Source: Candidatus Dojkabacteria bacterium (GTDB lineage Bacteria > Patescibacteriota > Dojkabacteria > J137). Taken from it: DNA of 64,000 nucleotides. Shown here in pieces: positions 36,950-49,414 of this stretch. The stretch lies in NCBI GenBank assembly GCA_025993875.1, contig JAMQHH010000013.1, positions 8,459 through 72,458 on the forward strand, read 5' to 3'. Both the position numbers and the translations under genes were made by a program. The stretch's first letter is position 1; each line of letters opens with the position of its first letter. The notes beneath the pieces are model-generated. The model was not told the origin of the DNA. It ran no database searches and saw nothing but the letters and a program-made list of their open reading frames with translations.

Positions 36950-38296
36950 GTGAACCTAAAAAAACAGCTGTCAAAAATTTCAATTTTTATTTATACTTTT
37001 CCTCCATATCTTTGGCTGGTAAGGTATAAAAGAGGAGTTGTAAGAGCAAAAGCGAAAATAAGTAAAAAAGACAAGTTCTCGAGCATTAAAATGTCTAATT
37101 TAGCTATAATCAATTTAGCTAGAAAATACAGATTTGCATTGATCATTACGACAATCGCTGCAGTTTTCGTAACTCATATAAAACTAATTACAGATATTGA
37201 TTTAAAAACTTACGAGTTTTACAATAATACGAGTTTTTCTGAGCAGGAAAAATTTTTTGCACCTATTTACCCTAAGTCAAATTTAAATACAGTTATATTG
37301 GTAACCGAAAACGATTATTTAAAAAGTTTAAAATTTTTAAAAGTTGCATATCTATTTTCTATAAACAAAAAAAACTCATCTGTTAAATCTATTTCATTAA
37401 ATCCTAACTTTTTGATTGATTACGGTGGCGAAAACACTACGCTTTATGACCTTTTAAATAAGGATGATGTTACTATAGAGAAAATTATCTCCTCTTTAAG
37501 TAGTCTTATAGGGCTTAGGATAGATAGATACATAGTAATCTCAGAATCGGAGATTATTGCTAACGCCTATAACTGGGGGCTTACTCTTAAGGTTGCTTAT
37601 TCTGAAGGAATTGAAAATTACGACTACAACAAAATTCTAAACACCGACGAGGTTTTAAACCTAATTGTAAATACTAAGTCTTCGTTTACAAATGATAACC
37701 TCTCGAAAATATATCTGGACTTGTTTAACTCCAACTTTGAAAAATTTAAAAATATTCTGTTTTTATATAGACTTATCTGGGAGGGAAAAAATATTGCAGA
37801 TCTTTTAGAAACTAATTTTTCGAGGGACGAAGTTTTTAATCTTATACTAACACTTAATAATTCTGATTTAATAATCAACTCAACATATCTTGGAAAAAAT
37901 GAGGGTAAAGAATCTGAATCTTTGCTTGATGTTTTAGAACCGAATTACAAAGAAATTGATAATAAAGTATCACAAACTTTTTTTTCGCTGGACTCTGTAA
38001 AGGAGCAAGCAAGAATAGAAATTTTTAATGCTACTTTACAAACTGGTCTGGCTGCGAGGGCTAAAAGGTTGTTAAAAAATAAGGGATTAACAATTGTAAA
38101 AGAAGGAAATTATTTTGAGCAACTCGAAGAGACAATAATCTTTTTTCCCGGCACAAATACAGCTGATTTTCCTAACACCCTGGTAGATATTGGCGAGGAG
38201 CTTTTCCAGAATTATAAGTTGGAGCAGGAGACTTACTCCAATAATTATTCGGGTGATATTATAGTGGTACTAGGTAAACAAAGTATTGGAATATAA
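36950..38296 (+). CDS. LytR-CpsA-Psr (LCP)-family protein with LytR_C C-terminal domain
   Basis: Single TM, an LCP core-like segment (IDRYIVISESEIIANAYNWGLTLKV), and a C-terminal LytR_C-like region (RIEIFNATLQTGLAARAKRLL). Confidence 0.5.
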   Translation: MNLKKQLSKISIFIYTFPPYLWLVRYKRGVVRAKAKISKKDKFSSIKMSNLAIINLARKYRFALIITTIAAVFVTHIKLITDIDLKTYEFYNNTSFSEQEKFFAPIYPKSNLNTVILVTENDYLKSLKFLKVAYLFSINKKNSSVKSISLNPNFLIDYGGENTTLYDLLNKDDVTIEKIISSLSSLIGLRIDRYIVISESEIIANAYNWGLTLKVAYSEGIENYDYNKILNTDEVLNLIVNTKSSFTNDNLSKIYLDLFNSNFEKFKNILFLYRLIWEGKNIADLLETNFSRDEVFNLILTLNNSDLIINSTYLGKNEGKESESLLDVLEPNYKEIDNKVSQTFFSLDSVKEQARIEIFNATLQTGLAARAKRLLKNKGLTIVKEGNYFEQLEETIIFFPGTNTADFPNTLVDIGEELFQNYKLEQETYSNNYSGDIIVVLGKQSIGI

Positions 38297-38301
38297 AAAA
38301 T

Positions 38302-39036
38302 ATGGCAGGGCATTCTAAGTGGTCAAAAGTGAAAAGAATAAAAGAGATAAAGGATGTAAAAAAATCTTCCCTACTAACAAAAGCTTCGAGGGATATCTTT
38401 AATGCTGTAAAAATTGGCTTAAGTGGTGATCCGGATTTTAACCCATTATTGAAGATCGCCATACAATCTGCAAAAATTGCCAATTTACCTGGAGACAGAA
38501 TTGAAAAAGCAATAAAAACCGCTCTTGGAGAAAAAGAAGAGGGAAGCATTACGCAAACTAAAGTATACGAGTTTTTGGGACCTAATCAAGAAAATATTTT
38601 AGTCGAATTGGAAACCGATAATTCTAACAGAACTTTATTTGAACTTAGAACATGGGCATATAAGCATAATTTTAAGATTCTTCCGGAAGGCTCGATATCG
38701 TGGAAATTTGAAACCCATGGGCAGATACTTATTGAAAATAATAATAAATTTGATATAGAGCAATTACTATTGGATATTATGAGTTGTGAAGGTGTAGAAG
38801 ATGTCCAAGTCTTAAACGATTCGTGTTTGATAACTACAACTAAAGATTTTTTAAAACAAACTGTTGAACTCCTAGCCAATATCAATAATGTAAAAATAAA
38901 AGGTGCAGGAATTATTAGAGAGGCTTTAACTAAAATAAGAATTACAGATAAAAATTTAGATAACTTGAAAAGTTTTAAGGAGGAATTAGAGAGAAATTTT
39001 GATATTATTAATATCTGGTCAAATCTAATTTTATGA
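38302..39036 (+). CDS. yebC: YebC/PmpR-family transcriptional regulator
   Basis: MAGHSKWSKVKRIK... N-terminus, in the conserved yebC-ruvC order. Confidence 0.9.
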   Translation: MAGHSKWSKVKRIKEIKDVKKSSLLTKASRDIFNAVKIGLSGDPDFNPLLKIAIQSAKIANLPGDRIEKAIKTALGEKEEGSITQTKVYEFLGPNQENILVELETDNSNRTLFELRTWAYKHNFKILPEGSISWKFETHGQILIENNNKFDIEQLLLDIMSCEGVEDVQVLNDSCLITTTKDFLKQTVELLANINNVKIKGAGIIREALTKIRITDKNLDNLKSFKEELERNFDIINIWSNLIL

Positions 39037-39506
39037 AAGTTTTAGGAATAGATGTAGGTTTTGCTATTACAGGCTGGAGTATTGTCGAAAAAGAGAGGGG
39101 AGTTCTTTCGATTATTGATTATGGAGTTATCACAACATCGCCAAAAGAAAGCTTACCTGCAAGACTTTACGAAATATATGACGGTTTAAAGCATATAATA
39201 AAAAAATATAAACCTGATCATTGCGCAGTAGAAAGCCTATTTTATTTTAAAAATCAAAAAACAGTGATAGATGTTGCACAGGTTAGAGGGATAATTTTGC
39301 TTGCTGCACAAGAAAAAAAACTGAATATTTTCAATTATACCCCTCTTCAGGTTAAAATAGCTGTAACCGGTTATGGTAGAGCAGAGAAAAAGCAGGTTCA
39401 GGAGATGGTAAAGAAAATTTTTAATCTTTTGGAAATTCCAAAACCCGACGATGCTGCCGATGCTATTGCGGTTAGTTTTTGTCATTTAAACTCAATAAAA
39501 ACATGA
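39033..39506 (+). CDS. ruvC: Holliday junction resolvase RuvC
   Basis: MKVLGIDVGFAITGWSIV... RNase H-like fold with catalytic acidic residues. Confidence 0.9.
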   Translation: MKVLGIDVGFAITGWSIVEKERGVLSIIDYGVITTSPKESLPARLYEIYDGLKHIIKKYKPDHCAVESLFYFKNQKTVIDVAQVRGIILLAAQEKKLNIFNYTPLQVKIAVTGYGRAEKKQVQEMVKKIFNLLEIPKPDDAADAIAVSFCHLNSIKT

Positions 39507-40093
39507 TAGGATATTTAAAAGGAGAGATAATGTTAAAAAAAGAAGGCCTATTGGTAGTTGTAACACATGGAGTAGGGTGGAGAGTAAACTCAACTTATTT
39601 CCAGTCATTTTCGAAAGGCGACACAGTAGAAATTTTTGTTTATACGAGTGTAAAAGAAAACGAAATAAGCTTGTGGGGGTTTGAAAATGAAATTGATTTG
39701 AGAGTATTTGAACTGTTACTGGGAGTGAACGGAGTAGGAAATAGAACTGCACAACAACTGATTGCTGCTAAAGGCACATTAAACATCCTTAAAGCAATAA
39801 AATCTGGTAATTTAGAACAACTAAAAATATCTGGCGTAGGTACAAAAACGTTACAAAAAATACAAATTGATCTAACATCAAAAGTAGCTAAGTTAGATAT
39901 AGATATACCTGATTTGGAAGAGAACAATTCTACCAAAGAAGAAAAAAACATTCTTTCCCAGGTAGAGGAAGGATTGTCTGCTTTAGGATATTCTTTAAGT
40001 GAAATAGAGAGGGCAATAAAAAGTATTGATAAATCAAAGATTTCAACAAAAAATCTTCAGTCATTAATAAAAGAAGCGCTCAAAAATATATGA
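39503..40093 (+). CDS. ruvA: Holliday junction DNA helicase RuvA
   Basis: MIGYLKGEI N-terminus, HhH motifs (VNGVGNRTAQ, ISGVGTKT), and a C-terminal domain III. The start was moved to the internal Met, giving a 4-nt overlap with ruvC. Confidence 0.85.
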   Translation: MIGYLKGEIMLKKEGLLVVVTHGVGWRVNSTYFQSFSKGDTVEIFVYTSVKENEISLWGFENEIDLRVFELLLGVNGVGNRTAQQLIAAKGTLNILKAIKSGNLEQLKISGVGTKTLQKIQIDLTSKVAKLDIDIPDLEENNSTKEEKNILSQVEEGLSALGYSLSEIERAIKSIDKSKISTKNLQSLIKEALKNI

Positions 40094-41103
40094 TAAAAAG
40101 TACCTTAGAGGAAAAAAAAGGTTTGCTAAATCCTGAGAAAAAAGTAAGTGAAGAGGGACTTGAAAGGTCTTTGAGACCAAGCTCTTTTAGCGAAATGATA
40201 GGAAGGAAAAAGGAAAAGCATAATCTCTCCATAATGATAGAATCTGCAAAAAAAAGAAAGGCCTCTTTGGACCATATTCTTTTTCATGGTCCACCCGGTC
40301 TTGGAAAAACCAGTTTTGCACATGTAATAGCCCGCGAACTAAATGCGCCAATGTATGTTACCAATGGTTCAGCGATTGAACGAAGCGGGGATTTAGCTGC
40401 AATATTAACCGGATTGGAGCCATTCTCTGTGGTTTTTATCGATGAAATACATAGACTAAGAATAAATATAGAAGAAATGCTTTATCCCGTTATGGAGGAC
40501 AGCGCATTAGATATAGTTATAGGAAAAGGTCCCAGTGCAAAAACAATTAGGCTTGATCTACCTCAAATTACAATTATTGGCGCAACCACAAAAATGGCAT
40601 CGATAAGTTCCCCTTTAAGAGACAGATTTGGCATGCACATTAGATTGGATTTTTATAATGACGACGAGCTATTCTTGATGATTAATCAAAAGGCTAAAAT
40701 TTTGAGGATAGGAATTACCGAAGATGCTTCGTACGAAATTGCAAAACGTTCTAGAATGACTGCAAGGATCGCTATAAGAATTTTAAAAAGAGTTAGAGAT
40801 TATGCGGTAGTTAATAATTCTGTCATAATAAGCACAGAGATGGTAAGATTTGTTTTAGATTTAATGGGGATAGATCAAATTGGGCTAGACGAAACCGACC
40901 GAGAGATTTTGAAAATAATTGTAAGTCAATTTGAAAACAAACCTGTTGGCTTAAACACTTTGGCAGTTGCCACTGCAGAGGACGAAAACACAATAGAAAA
41001 TGTTTATGAGCCATTTTTAATAAAGAAGGGTCTGCTAAAAAGAACTCCAAGGGGTAGAGTAGTAACTGCAACAGGAATAGAGATTATTGGAAAAAAAATA
41101 TAA
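40090..41103 (+). CDS. ruvB: Holliday junction ATPase RuvB
   Basis: AAA+ motifs: Walker A GPPGLGKTS, DEIHRL, and sensor residues. Confidence 0.95.
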   Translation: MIKSTLEEKKGLLNPEKKVSEEGLERSLRPSSFSEMIGRKKEKHNLSIMIESAKKRKASLDHILFHGPPGLGKTSFAHVIARELNAPMYVTNGSAIERSGDLAAILTGLEPFSVVFIDEIHRLRINIEEMLYPVMEDSALDIVIGKGPSAKTIRLDLPQITIIGATTKMASISSPLRDRFGMHIRLDFYNDDELFLMINQKAKILRIGITEDASYEIAKRSRMTARIAIRILKRVRDYAVVNNSVIISTEMVRFVLDLMGIDQIGLDETDREILKIIVSQFENKPVGLNTLAVATAEDENTIENVYEPFLIKKGLLKRTPRGRVVTATGIEIIGKKI

Positions 41104-41112
41104 AATTTCTTT

Positions 41113-42288
41113 ATGAAATATTTAAAACAGCTAGGAACAAGGCAAAGAACAATAATTGCTACAGCAATTTGTTCTATTGCTATTTTTTTGTTTACAAACC
41201 CTATTATATCGAGAATAGGGGATTACGTTTTGCCTCCCTCTGCGCCGGTTAACGTAACAGTAAGGGTTGAAAACAATAGGGTATCAGTATCCTGGAATGC
41301 TCCTAATAATAGCGATTTGTACGGTTACAATATTTCGTACAAAGTGGGAGCAATTTCCAATTTGGCCGTAGTAACTGCAAGTGAATACTTTATTGATTTT
41401 GATGAGACAGAAATAGGGGAGAGCACATACATCGAAATAAAAGTCTCCTCTTTAGATAATTCAGGATTGTCTTCCTCAGAGATAGATATTAACGAAAAAT
41501 TTAAAGAGATAAAGAATTTTGGGATAAAAAAATATAATATAAAAGATAACGCCTTAAGTAATTTTTTGTACACTGAGACATTTGCTATTGTCTTAGCGGT
41601 ATTATTAGCTTTATTGAACCTTTGGGTTTTATTTTACAAGGTTGACTTAATCAGCTTTTTTACAATTGCAATATTTCCTTCTGCAGTAATAATCCCATTT
41701 TCGATATTTTCATTAACATATGCCTTAAGTTTGAATGCATTTATTACGAAATTTGTCTTTTCTTTGGCAATATCCTTTGCAGGAGGCATTTTAACGTATT
41801 TTATTATTCTTACATCAAATATTTTAAATGGTGCAAGATATAAAAAACTACCATTAGAGCAGGCAGCTAAGGCTTCTCACTTTATTTTCTCGTTAATTTC
41901 TGTGTATTTGGCAGTTATTTATGTATACGCACTTAACATAAACATAATTTTTAAGATAATTGCTATTTTTAGTATCTCGTTTTATTTTAGTTTTGCGGCT
42001 GTTTTTTTTGTTACAAGTGCCAAGCGGGTTTTAAAAGCACTCGTTAAAGGCACGACAATTTCATTAACTTTGGTTTTATCAATTCTTGTTCTTTCTGTTT
42101 GGCCAATACAAACAACATATATGGTTTTATCTATTGCAATTATCTATTACGTTTTATTAAATATTGCTTTAGAAACAAGAACAATTTTAAGTAAGTATAT
42201 ATATATCGAATTTATTATTTTACTTTTGTTGGTGTTTATAACTATAGGGGCCACAGCTGTGTGGGGTATAATGGGTACGCTTTTATAA
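41113..42288 (+). CDS. Membrane protein: N-terminal signal-anchor, fibronectin type III-like ectodomain, then ~8 transmembrane helices
   Basis: PSAPVNVTVRVENNRVSVSWNAPNNSDLYGYNISYKV is a classic FN3 signature. The C-terminal 230 aa are extremely hydrophobic. Confidence 0.5.
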   Translation: MKYLKQLGTRQRTIIATAICSIAIFLFTNPIISRIGDYVLPPSAPVNVTVRVENNRVSVSWNAPNNSDLYGYNISYKVGAISNLAVVTASEYFIDFDETEIGESTYIEIKVSSLDNSGLSSSEIDINEKFKEIKNFGIKKYNIKDNALSNFLYTETFAIVLAVLLALLNLWVLFYKVDLISFFTIAIFPSAVIIPFSIFSLTYALSLNAFITKFVFSLAISFAGGILTYFIILTSNILNGARYKKLPLEQAAKASHFIFSLISVYLAVIYVYALNINIIFKIIAIFSISFYFSFAAVFFVTSAKRVLKALVKGTTISLTLVLSILVLSVWPIQTTYMVLSIAIIYYVLLNIALETRTILSKYIYIEFIILLLLVFITIGATAVWGIMGTLL

Positions 42289-42768
42289 AATATCTCCTTT
42301 AAAACGCATTACAGCTCCAAATTTACGAATCAGTTTAGTGTATATGGTTTTCGTGGCTGCAAATATTATCTGCTTCTGCGAGATAGAGTAATCTTCAAAT
42401 ATTACATGGTTTTTTAAATGAGCAATAAAAAACCCTCGGTAGGACAGGAACTAAGGAAAATTAAAAGAATAAAAAAATGGACTATACTAAATATAAGGGT
42501 GATTATACTCAGTAACCTGTAAAAGTTTAATATTTTAATTAGCTCTCTATTCCCCTCTGCTTTTGTAGAATTATAATAAAACATAAAATTTTTAATATTT
42601 AGTTTTAAATTCTCCATTTAGAATAAAATAGAATTTAATTTAACTTAATTACAAAAAAATAATTTTTAACTTTTTAGGTGGGTTAAATTCTCTCCTGTTT
42701 TACAATAAAGCCCTTCTACTCTACTAATCCGAAGATGGTGAGTTTAAAAGAGTGGTAAAAGTAGAGTA

Positions 42769-43026
42769 CTAAATTTCTTTGTTTATAATAGAACTTATAT
42801 TTTTAGAAGCATTTTCTTTATCAGGTCTTTCTAAAAGCGTTTTTAATGTTTCGAAAATTGCTGTAACACCCCCTACCATAACGGAAAGCTGGGCAATGTT
42901 ATAAAGTAATTCCGATAAATCTTGGTTTACCAAATAAATGTTATAGGTAAAAATAAGCCATTCGGCTATTACTAAATATCTAGATGTTGAGAAAAGTTCA
43001 GAAGTATTTTTTGGTAGTACTTGCAT
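42769..43026 (-). CDS. Possible small protein (85 aa) immediately downstream of gyrA
   Basis: The ORF starts 14 nt after the gyrA stop and has one hydrophobic segment. A stem-loop lies at its 3' end. Coding status is uncertain. Confidence 0.25.
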   Translation of the reverse strand: MQVLPKNTSELFSTSRYLVIAEWLIFTYNIYLVNQDLSELLYNIAQLSVMVGGVTAIFETLKTLLERPDKENASKNISSIINKEI

Positions 43027-43039
43027 GGTTAAAACAAGA

Positions 43040-45637
43040 CTATATTATTGCTACAGCCGAAACATCATCACCATCTTTTAATCTCATAAGTATTACTCCT
43101 GATGTTTGTCTTCCCCGTAATGGAAGATCTTTAGTTGGAATTTTAACCGCTTGTCCCTTAGAACTTATAATTAACAGCTCTTTGTTGGGATGATCCAGCA
43201 ACCTGGCAATTTTTAGGTCGTGCGTTTTTTTATTTACTCGTGCAGCAAAAATTCCCGAACCTCCGCGGTTTTGTACACCAAATTCCTTAAGTTCTGTCAT
43301 TTTTCCAAATCCCTTTAAAGATACTGTTAGCAGAAAATTTTCGGTATTTCTTACAATATCCATAGAAATAACCTCGTCTCCTGGCTTTAGTTTTATTCCT
43401 CTAACTCCCTGTGAAGAACGACCTGTTTCTCTAACATCTTCTTCTTTAAATCTTATTGACTTGGCTTTTTGTGTTACAAGCATTACTTCGTCTTCTCCGG
43501 TTGTAGGTTTAACCCAAATTAATTCGTCGTTATCCTGTAGTGTTAATGCAATTAGCCCGTTAGATCTTATGCTTTCAAACTCGGAGATTAAAGTTTTCTT
43601 TACTGTTCCTAGCTTTGTGGTCATAAACAAAAATTTGTAGAGTTTACCTTGTTTTTCTGACTCTTGCTCCCCTTCTTGTTTTATATCTTCGTCTAAAATG
43701 TTTCCGCTTTCAGATCTTGTTAAAACACTGGTAATAAGTTCTCCCTGAGAAATGTTAATAATATTAACTATCGGAGTTCCCTTTGCTGTTCTTTGAAATT
43801 CAGGAATTTCATAAACTTTTAAACTGTAGACTTTGCCTTTGTTTGTAAAAAACAAAATTTGGTCGTGAGTTTGGCAACTAAAAACATGTCTTACAGAATC
43901 ATCATCTTTGGTTGACATTGTTTTTACCCCCGATCCTCCTCTATTTTGCACTTTATAAGTATCGGTTTTGAGCCTTTTAATGTATCCCTGAGTGCTTATT
44001 GTTACAAAGGTGGCTTCGTTTGGAACTAGATCTTCTTCCGAAATTTCGTCTATATTACCTTTGTGGATTTTTGTTTTTCTTTCGTCTCCAAATTTTTCTT
44101 TAACCGATAACATCTCGGTTTTTACAATTTCTAAAACTTTTTGTGGTGTGTTTAGAATTAAAATTATCTCTTTTATGCGATTAACAATTGAAGAATACTC
44201 ATCTTCAATCTTTTTTCGTTCTAAAGCCGCCAGTTTTCTTAACTGCATATCTAAAATTGCCTGTGCCTGAATTTCCGAAAGTTTAAATTTTTTAATAAGC
44301 CCTGCCTTTGCTTCCTCCGCATCGCTTGCTGCTCTTATCAATTTAATTATTTCGTCTATGTGGTCTAAGGCAATTAAAAGACCTTCTAAAATATGTTCCC
44401 GTTCTCTATTTTCACCCAATTCGTTTTCGAGCCTTCTACTTACTATTTCCTGCCTGTGCGAGATAAAATACTCAATCATCTCTAAAATACTTAGGAGCTT
44501 TGGTTCTCCGTTTACCAGTGCTAAAGAATTAACATTAAATGTTTTTTGAAGTTCAGTATACTTAAATAACTGGTTTTCAACTGTTTTAGGTTTTGCTTCT
44601 CTTTTTAGTTCGACTACTACCCTAATTCCATGCTTGTTAGATTCATCTCTTAAATCCGAAATTCCTTCTATTTTTTTGTCTTTAACTAGCTGTGCTATTT
44701 TAGCCAATAAAGTAGCTTTGTTAACCTGAAAAGGAAGCTCCGTAACTATTATTCTAAATTTTCCACCCTTTACTTCTTCTATTTCGCTTACTGCTCGCAT
44801 TAATATCCCTCCTCTACCTGTTTGGTAAATTGTACCGATCTCTTTTTGATTATAAATATGAGCCCCTGTAGGAAAATCCGGACCTTTAATCTCTTTTAGC
44901 ACCTCTTTTATCTCAATATCAGTTCTAAATTGGTAAAATCTGGTTTTGGGTAATTTTGCAATGTCCTCTACCCTTCTAATATCGTTTTCGTAATTAATTT
45001 TTAATTTTTTTATCTCTTTATCGTCCCAAATATTTCCATTATCTATAACTTTTACACACCCGTTTACTACCTCGGTAAGATTGTGAGGAGGAAGCTTTGT
45101 TGCCATACCTACCGCAATTCCTTCTCCACCATTAATTAAGATATTTGGAACAGCTGAGGGAAGTACTACAGGTTCTGTTTCGTTTCCATCATAATTGGCA
45201 ATAAAATCTACTGTTTTTTCTACATCATCCAGCATAGAGGCACCTGTTTTGGAAAGCCGAGCTTCGATATACCTTGCTGCGGCAGCAGGATCACCATCTA
45301 TAGAGCCAAAATTTCCCTGCCCCGATATTAAGGGATATCTAAGGCTAAAATCTTGAGCCATTCGCACTAGAGCGTCGTTGATAGCAATGTCTCCGTGAGG
45401 GTGGTATTTACCCATTGTTTCGCCACTTATTCTTGCAACTTTTTTGGGTGCACCGCCCGGGGTTATGCCCATTTTGTGCATTGCATATAAAATCCTTCTT
45501 TGAACGGGTTTTAATCCATCTCGAACATCGGGTAGCGCTCTGGCAACAATTACACTCATTGCGTAATTAATGTAGCTTTGTTTAAGTTCGGATACAATAT
45601 CCTGATTAATACTATTTACGTCTTCGATTTTATCCAT
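43040..45637 (-). CDS. gyrA: DNA gyrase subunit A
   Basis: [23 protein letters not shown] with the catalytic Tyr region, a GyrA-box, and C-terminal beta-pinwheel repeats. Confidence 0.95.
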   Translation of the reverse strand: MDKIEDVNSINQDIVSELKQSYINYAMSVIVARALPDVRDGLKPVQRRILYAMHKMGITPGGAPKKVARISGETMGKYHPHGDIAINDALVRMAQDFSLRYPLISGQGNFGSIDGDPAAAARYIEARLSKTGASMLDDVEKTVDFIANYDGNETEPVVLPSAVPNILINGGEGIAVGMATKLPPHNLTEVVNGCVKVIDNGNIWDDKEIKKLKINYENDIRRVEDIAKLPKTRFYQFRTDIEIKEVLKEIKGPDFPTGAHIYNQKEIGTIYQTGRGGILMRAVSEIEEVKGGKFRIIVTELPFQVNKATLLAKIAQLVKDKKIEGISDLRDESNKHGIRVVVELKREAKPKTVENQLFKYTELQKTFNVNSLALVNGEPKLLSILEMIEYFISHRQEIVSRRLENELGENREREHILEGLLIALDHIDEIIKLIRAASDAEEAKAGLIKKFKLSEIQAQAILDMQLRKLAALERKKIEDEYSSIVNRIKEIILILNTPQKVLEIVKTEMLSVKEKFGDERKTKIHKGNIDEISEEDLVPNEATFVTISTQGYIKRLKTDTYKVQNRGGSGVKTMSTKDDDSVRHVFSCQTHDQILFFTNKGKVYSLKVYEIPEFQRTAKGTPIVNIINISQGELITSVLTRSESGNILDEDIKQEGEQESEKQGKLYKFLFMTTKLGTVKKTLISEFESIRSNGLIALTLQDNDELIWVKPTTGEDEVMLVTQKAKSIRFKEEDVRETGRSSQGVRGIKLKPGDEVISMDIVRNTENFLLTVSLKGFGKMTELKEFGVQNRGGSGIFAARVNKKTHDLKIARLLDHPNKELLIISSKGQAVKIPTKDLPLRGRQTSGVILMRLKDGDDVSAVAII

Positions 45638-45656
45638 ATATTATAAAGATCTCAAT

Positions 45657-47621
<1,965 letters not shown>

Positions 47622-47762
47622 TTAGTGCCATTTATTAACTTTATAATTTCAAGGGATACCCGGTATGTATTGCGTCATTAAAGAAATTTAAATAGCCCGG
47701 TTTTTCTAACCACTTATTGCCTGTTACCGGCAGTTGTTAGTGTTATATAGCAGTTGAAATCC

Positions 47763-48155
47763 TTATTTTGTTATTATATTAAGTTCAAATTCGGGAGAGT
47801 TTAATGCTCCCAATAATTGGTTAAACTGCTCCTTTGATCTTTCGGTATCCATTATCGCTGGCATAAAAGATATTGTTCCATCGGGGTTTTTTAGTAAAGA
47901 AAAATATCCTTCATTAATATCTTCGGGACTTAACACATCCTCAGTTTGAAAGTTGATCTTTTTTAGGACATCGTAATGAAAAACAAAGCTGGGAAAAATC
48001 CAGGCTGCATTCTGTTGTGGGATAATAATGAATTTGAATAAGTAAGCAGATCTTTCTTTTCTTTTTGCAAGCACATAATCACTATTCATGACATCCCACA
48101 GCCTTCTCTTTTCTTCCTCCAGGTTTATAAACTTTTGTGCCTCCTTTTTCCACAT
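47763..48155 (-). CDS. Hypothetical protein (130 aa)
   Basis: The ORF abuts the upstream gene with a 1-nt junction. No family recognised. Confidence 0.35.
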   Translation of the reverse strand: MWKKEAQKFINLEEEKRRLWDVMNSDYVLAKRKERSAYLFKFIIIPQQNAAWIFPSFVFHYDVLKKINFQTEDVLSPEDINEGYFSLLKNPDGTISFMPAIMDTERSKEQFNQLLGALNSPEFELNIITK

Positions 48156-48676
48156 TATATTTTATTCTTTTTTCTACCGGCTTGTATTCTATGCTTAATG
48201 CCAATCTCCAACTCTCCTATAGCTGGAATACTATATACAACAATGGCAGTTAATAAGATAGCAATAACGCTCACTAAAACATCTTTTAATTCCGGAGATC
48301 TATTTGCAATAGAATTATTTAAAACTGCCAGGTATTGAGAGTATTGTTCGAATACCGAAAACAGTGTTGAAGCTAAGATGGTAATGATAATGGATAACGT
48401 TTCTATTATCAAAACAAATTCTTCATCGTCCATTTTTTCGTTTTTACTTCTCCATTTGGCGAGCCTCTCTACCGAGCTTTTTAAAGTAATTATTAAAGAC
48501 CTGTAAAAAAGTATAAAAAAGATTGCATAAAGAGTCATTCTAAAAAGAATTTTTACCAGCTCGTCGGTTACTCTATCCCCTGCACTAAGATAAGGAATTG
48601 TAGCAAGCCAATAAATAAAGGCCGCCATTAAAAAGGTGCTTCCCCAGGCATATATTAAAAAGGCTAGCTTTTTCAT
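48155..48676 (-). CDS. Hypothetical 4-TM membrane protein (possibly VanZ-like)
   Basis: Four hydrophobic helices in 173 aa. The weak VanZ-like resemblance is my own impression only. Confidence 0.35.
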   Translation of the reverse strand: MKKLAFLIYAWGSTFLMAAFIYWLATIPYLSAGDRVTDELVKILFRMTLYAIFFILFYRSLIITLKSSVERLAKWRSKNEKMDDEEFVLIIETLSIIITILASTLFSVFEQYSQYLAVLNNSIANRSPELKDVLVSVIAILLTAIVVYSIPAIGELEIGIKHRIQAGRKKNKI

Positions 48677-48694
48677 AAAGGTAAATATAATATT

Positions 48695-49321
48695 TTAAAT
48701 GCTATAGGCTAAAAATTCTAAAACCTGTTTTACATTACCTTTTTTACTTAACGCTTTGTAAGCAAGTCTTAGATTTTCTAGAGCCTCAATATTGTTAAAA
48801 GTTTTTGGACTTATCTCCAGTAAATTTCCTATCAAAATTTCTGCTTCGATTTTAGCTTCATCTTCTAATAACATATTATCAATAATTCTTAATCTTTCAA
48901 GCAAATTTGCTTCTAAAAAATTTTTTGTCTTTTCTAAAGAGATTTTAACGGATTTTTCGGGGTCAATAAAAATTTCTATTCGGGAAAGAATTGTGGGAAG
49001 TAAAAGATCCGCATTAACCGAAACTAAAACTATAATGGTAAATTCAGGCGGCTCCTCTAAAAGTTTTAGCAAAGCATTTTGAGCTTCGATGGTAAGTTTT
49101 TGACTATTTAATATTATTGCCAGTTCCTTTTCGGTTTTTTTTAGATACGCCCATTCTGTAAGTTCCGAAATCTCCGAGATACCAATAGAATCTTTTTCTT
49201 TATTTGAAAAAAATTTTATTTTTATAGATAAGAGATCCAGTTTTAAAATCTTCTCAATTTTTTTTAAAATTTTTTCCTGTTCTTTCTCTTTTGTGATAAA
49301 TAGTTTAGGTTGAATTTTCAT
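48695..49321 (-). CDS. holB: DNA polymerase III delta-prime-like subunit (short, no Walker A)
   Basis: LKLLEEPPEFTIIVLVSVNADLLLPTILSRIEIF matches the clamp-loader delta' box VII/sensor region. It is only 208 aa. Confidence 0.65.
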   Translation of the reverse strand: MKIQPKLFITKEKEQEKILKKIEKILKLDLLSIKIKFFSNKEKDSIGISEISELTEWAYLKKTEKELAIILNSQKLTIEAQNALLKLLEEPPEFTIIVLVSVNADLLLPTILSRIEIFIDPEKSVKISLEKTKNFLEANLLERLRIIDNMLLEDEAKIEAEILIGNLLEISPKTFNNIEALENLRLAYKALSKKGNVKQVLEFLAYSI

Positions 49322-49414
49322 ATAAACTCCTATTGATAATTCTTTATAAAAAGTTCATACTGATTTATAAAATAACTTTTCTATAATTATAATTTATAAA
49401 TTGGAATTTGGATA

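Noticed and set aside
39237-40323. Several 65-103-aa minus-strand ORFs inside ruvC/ruvA/ruvB
   Set aside because: They lie antisense to well-supported genes and have no domain signatures.
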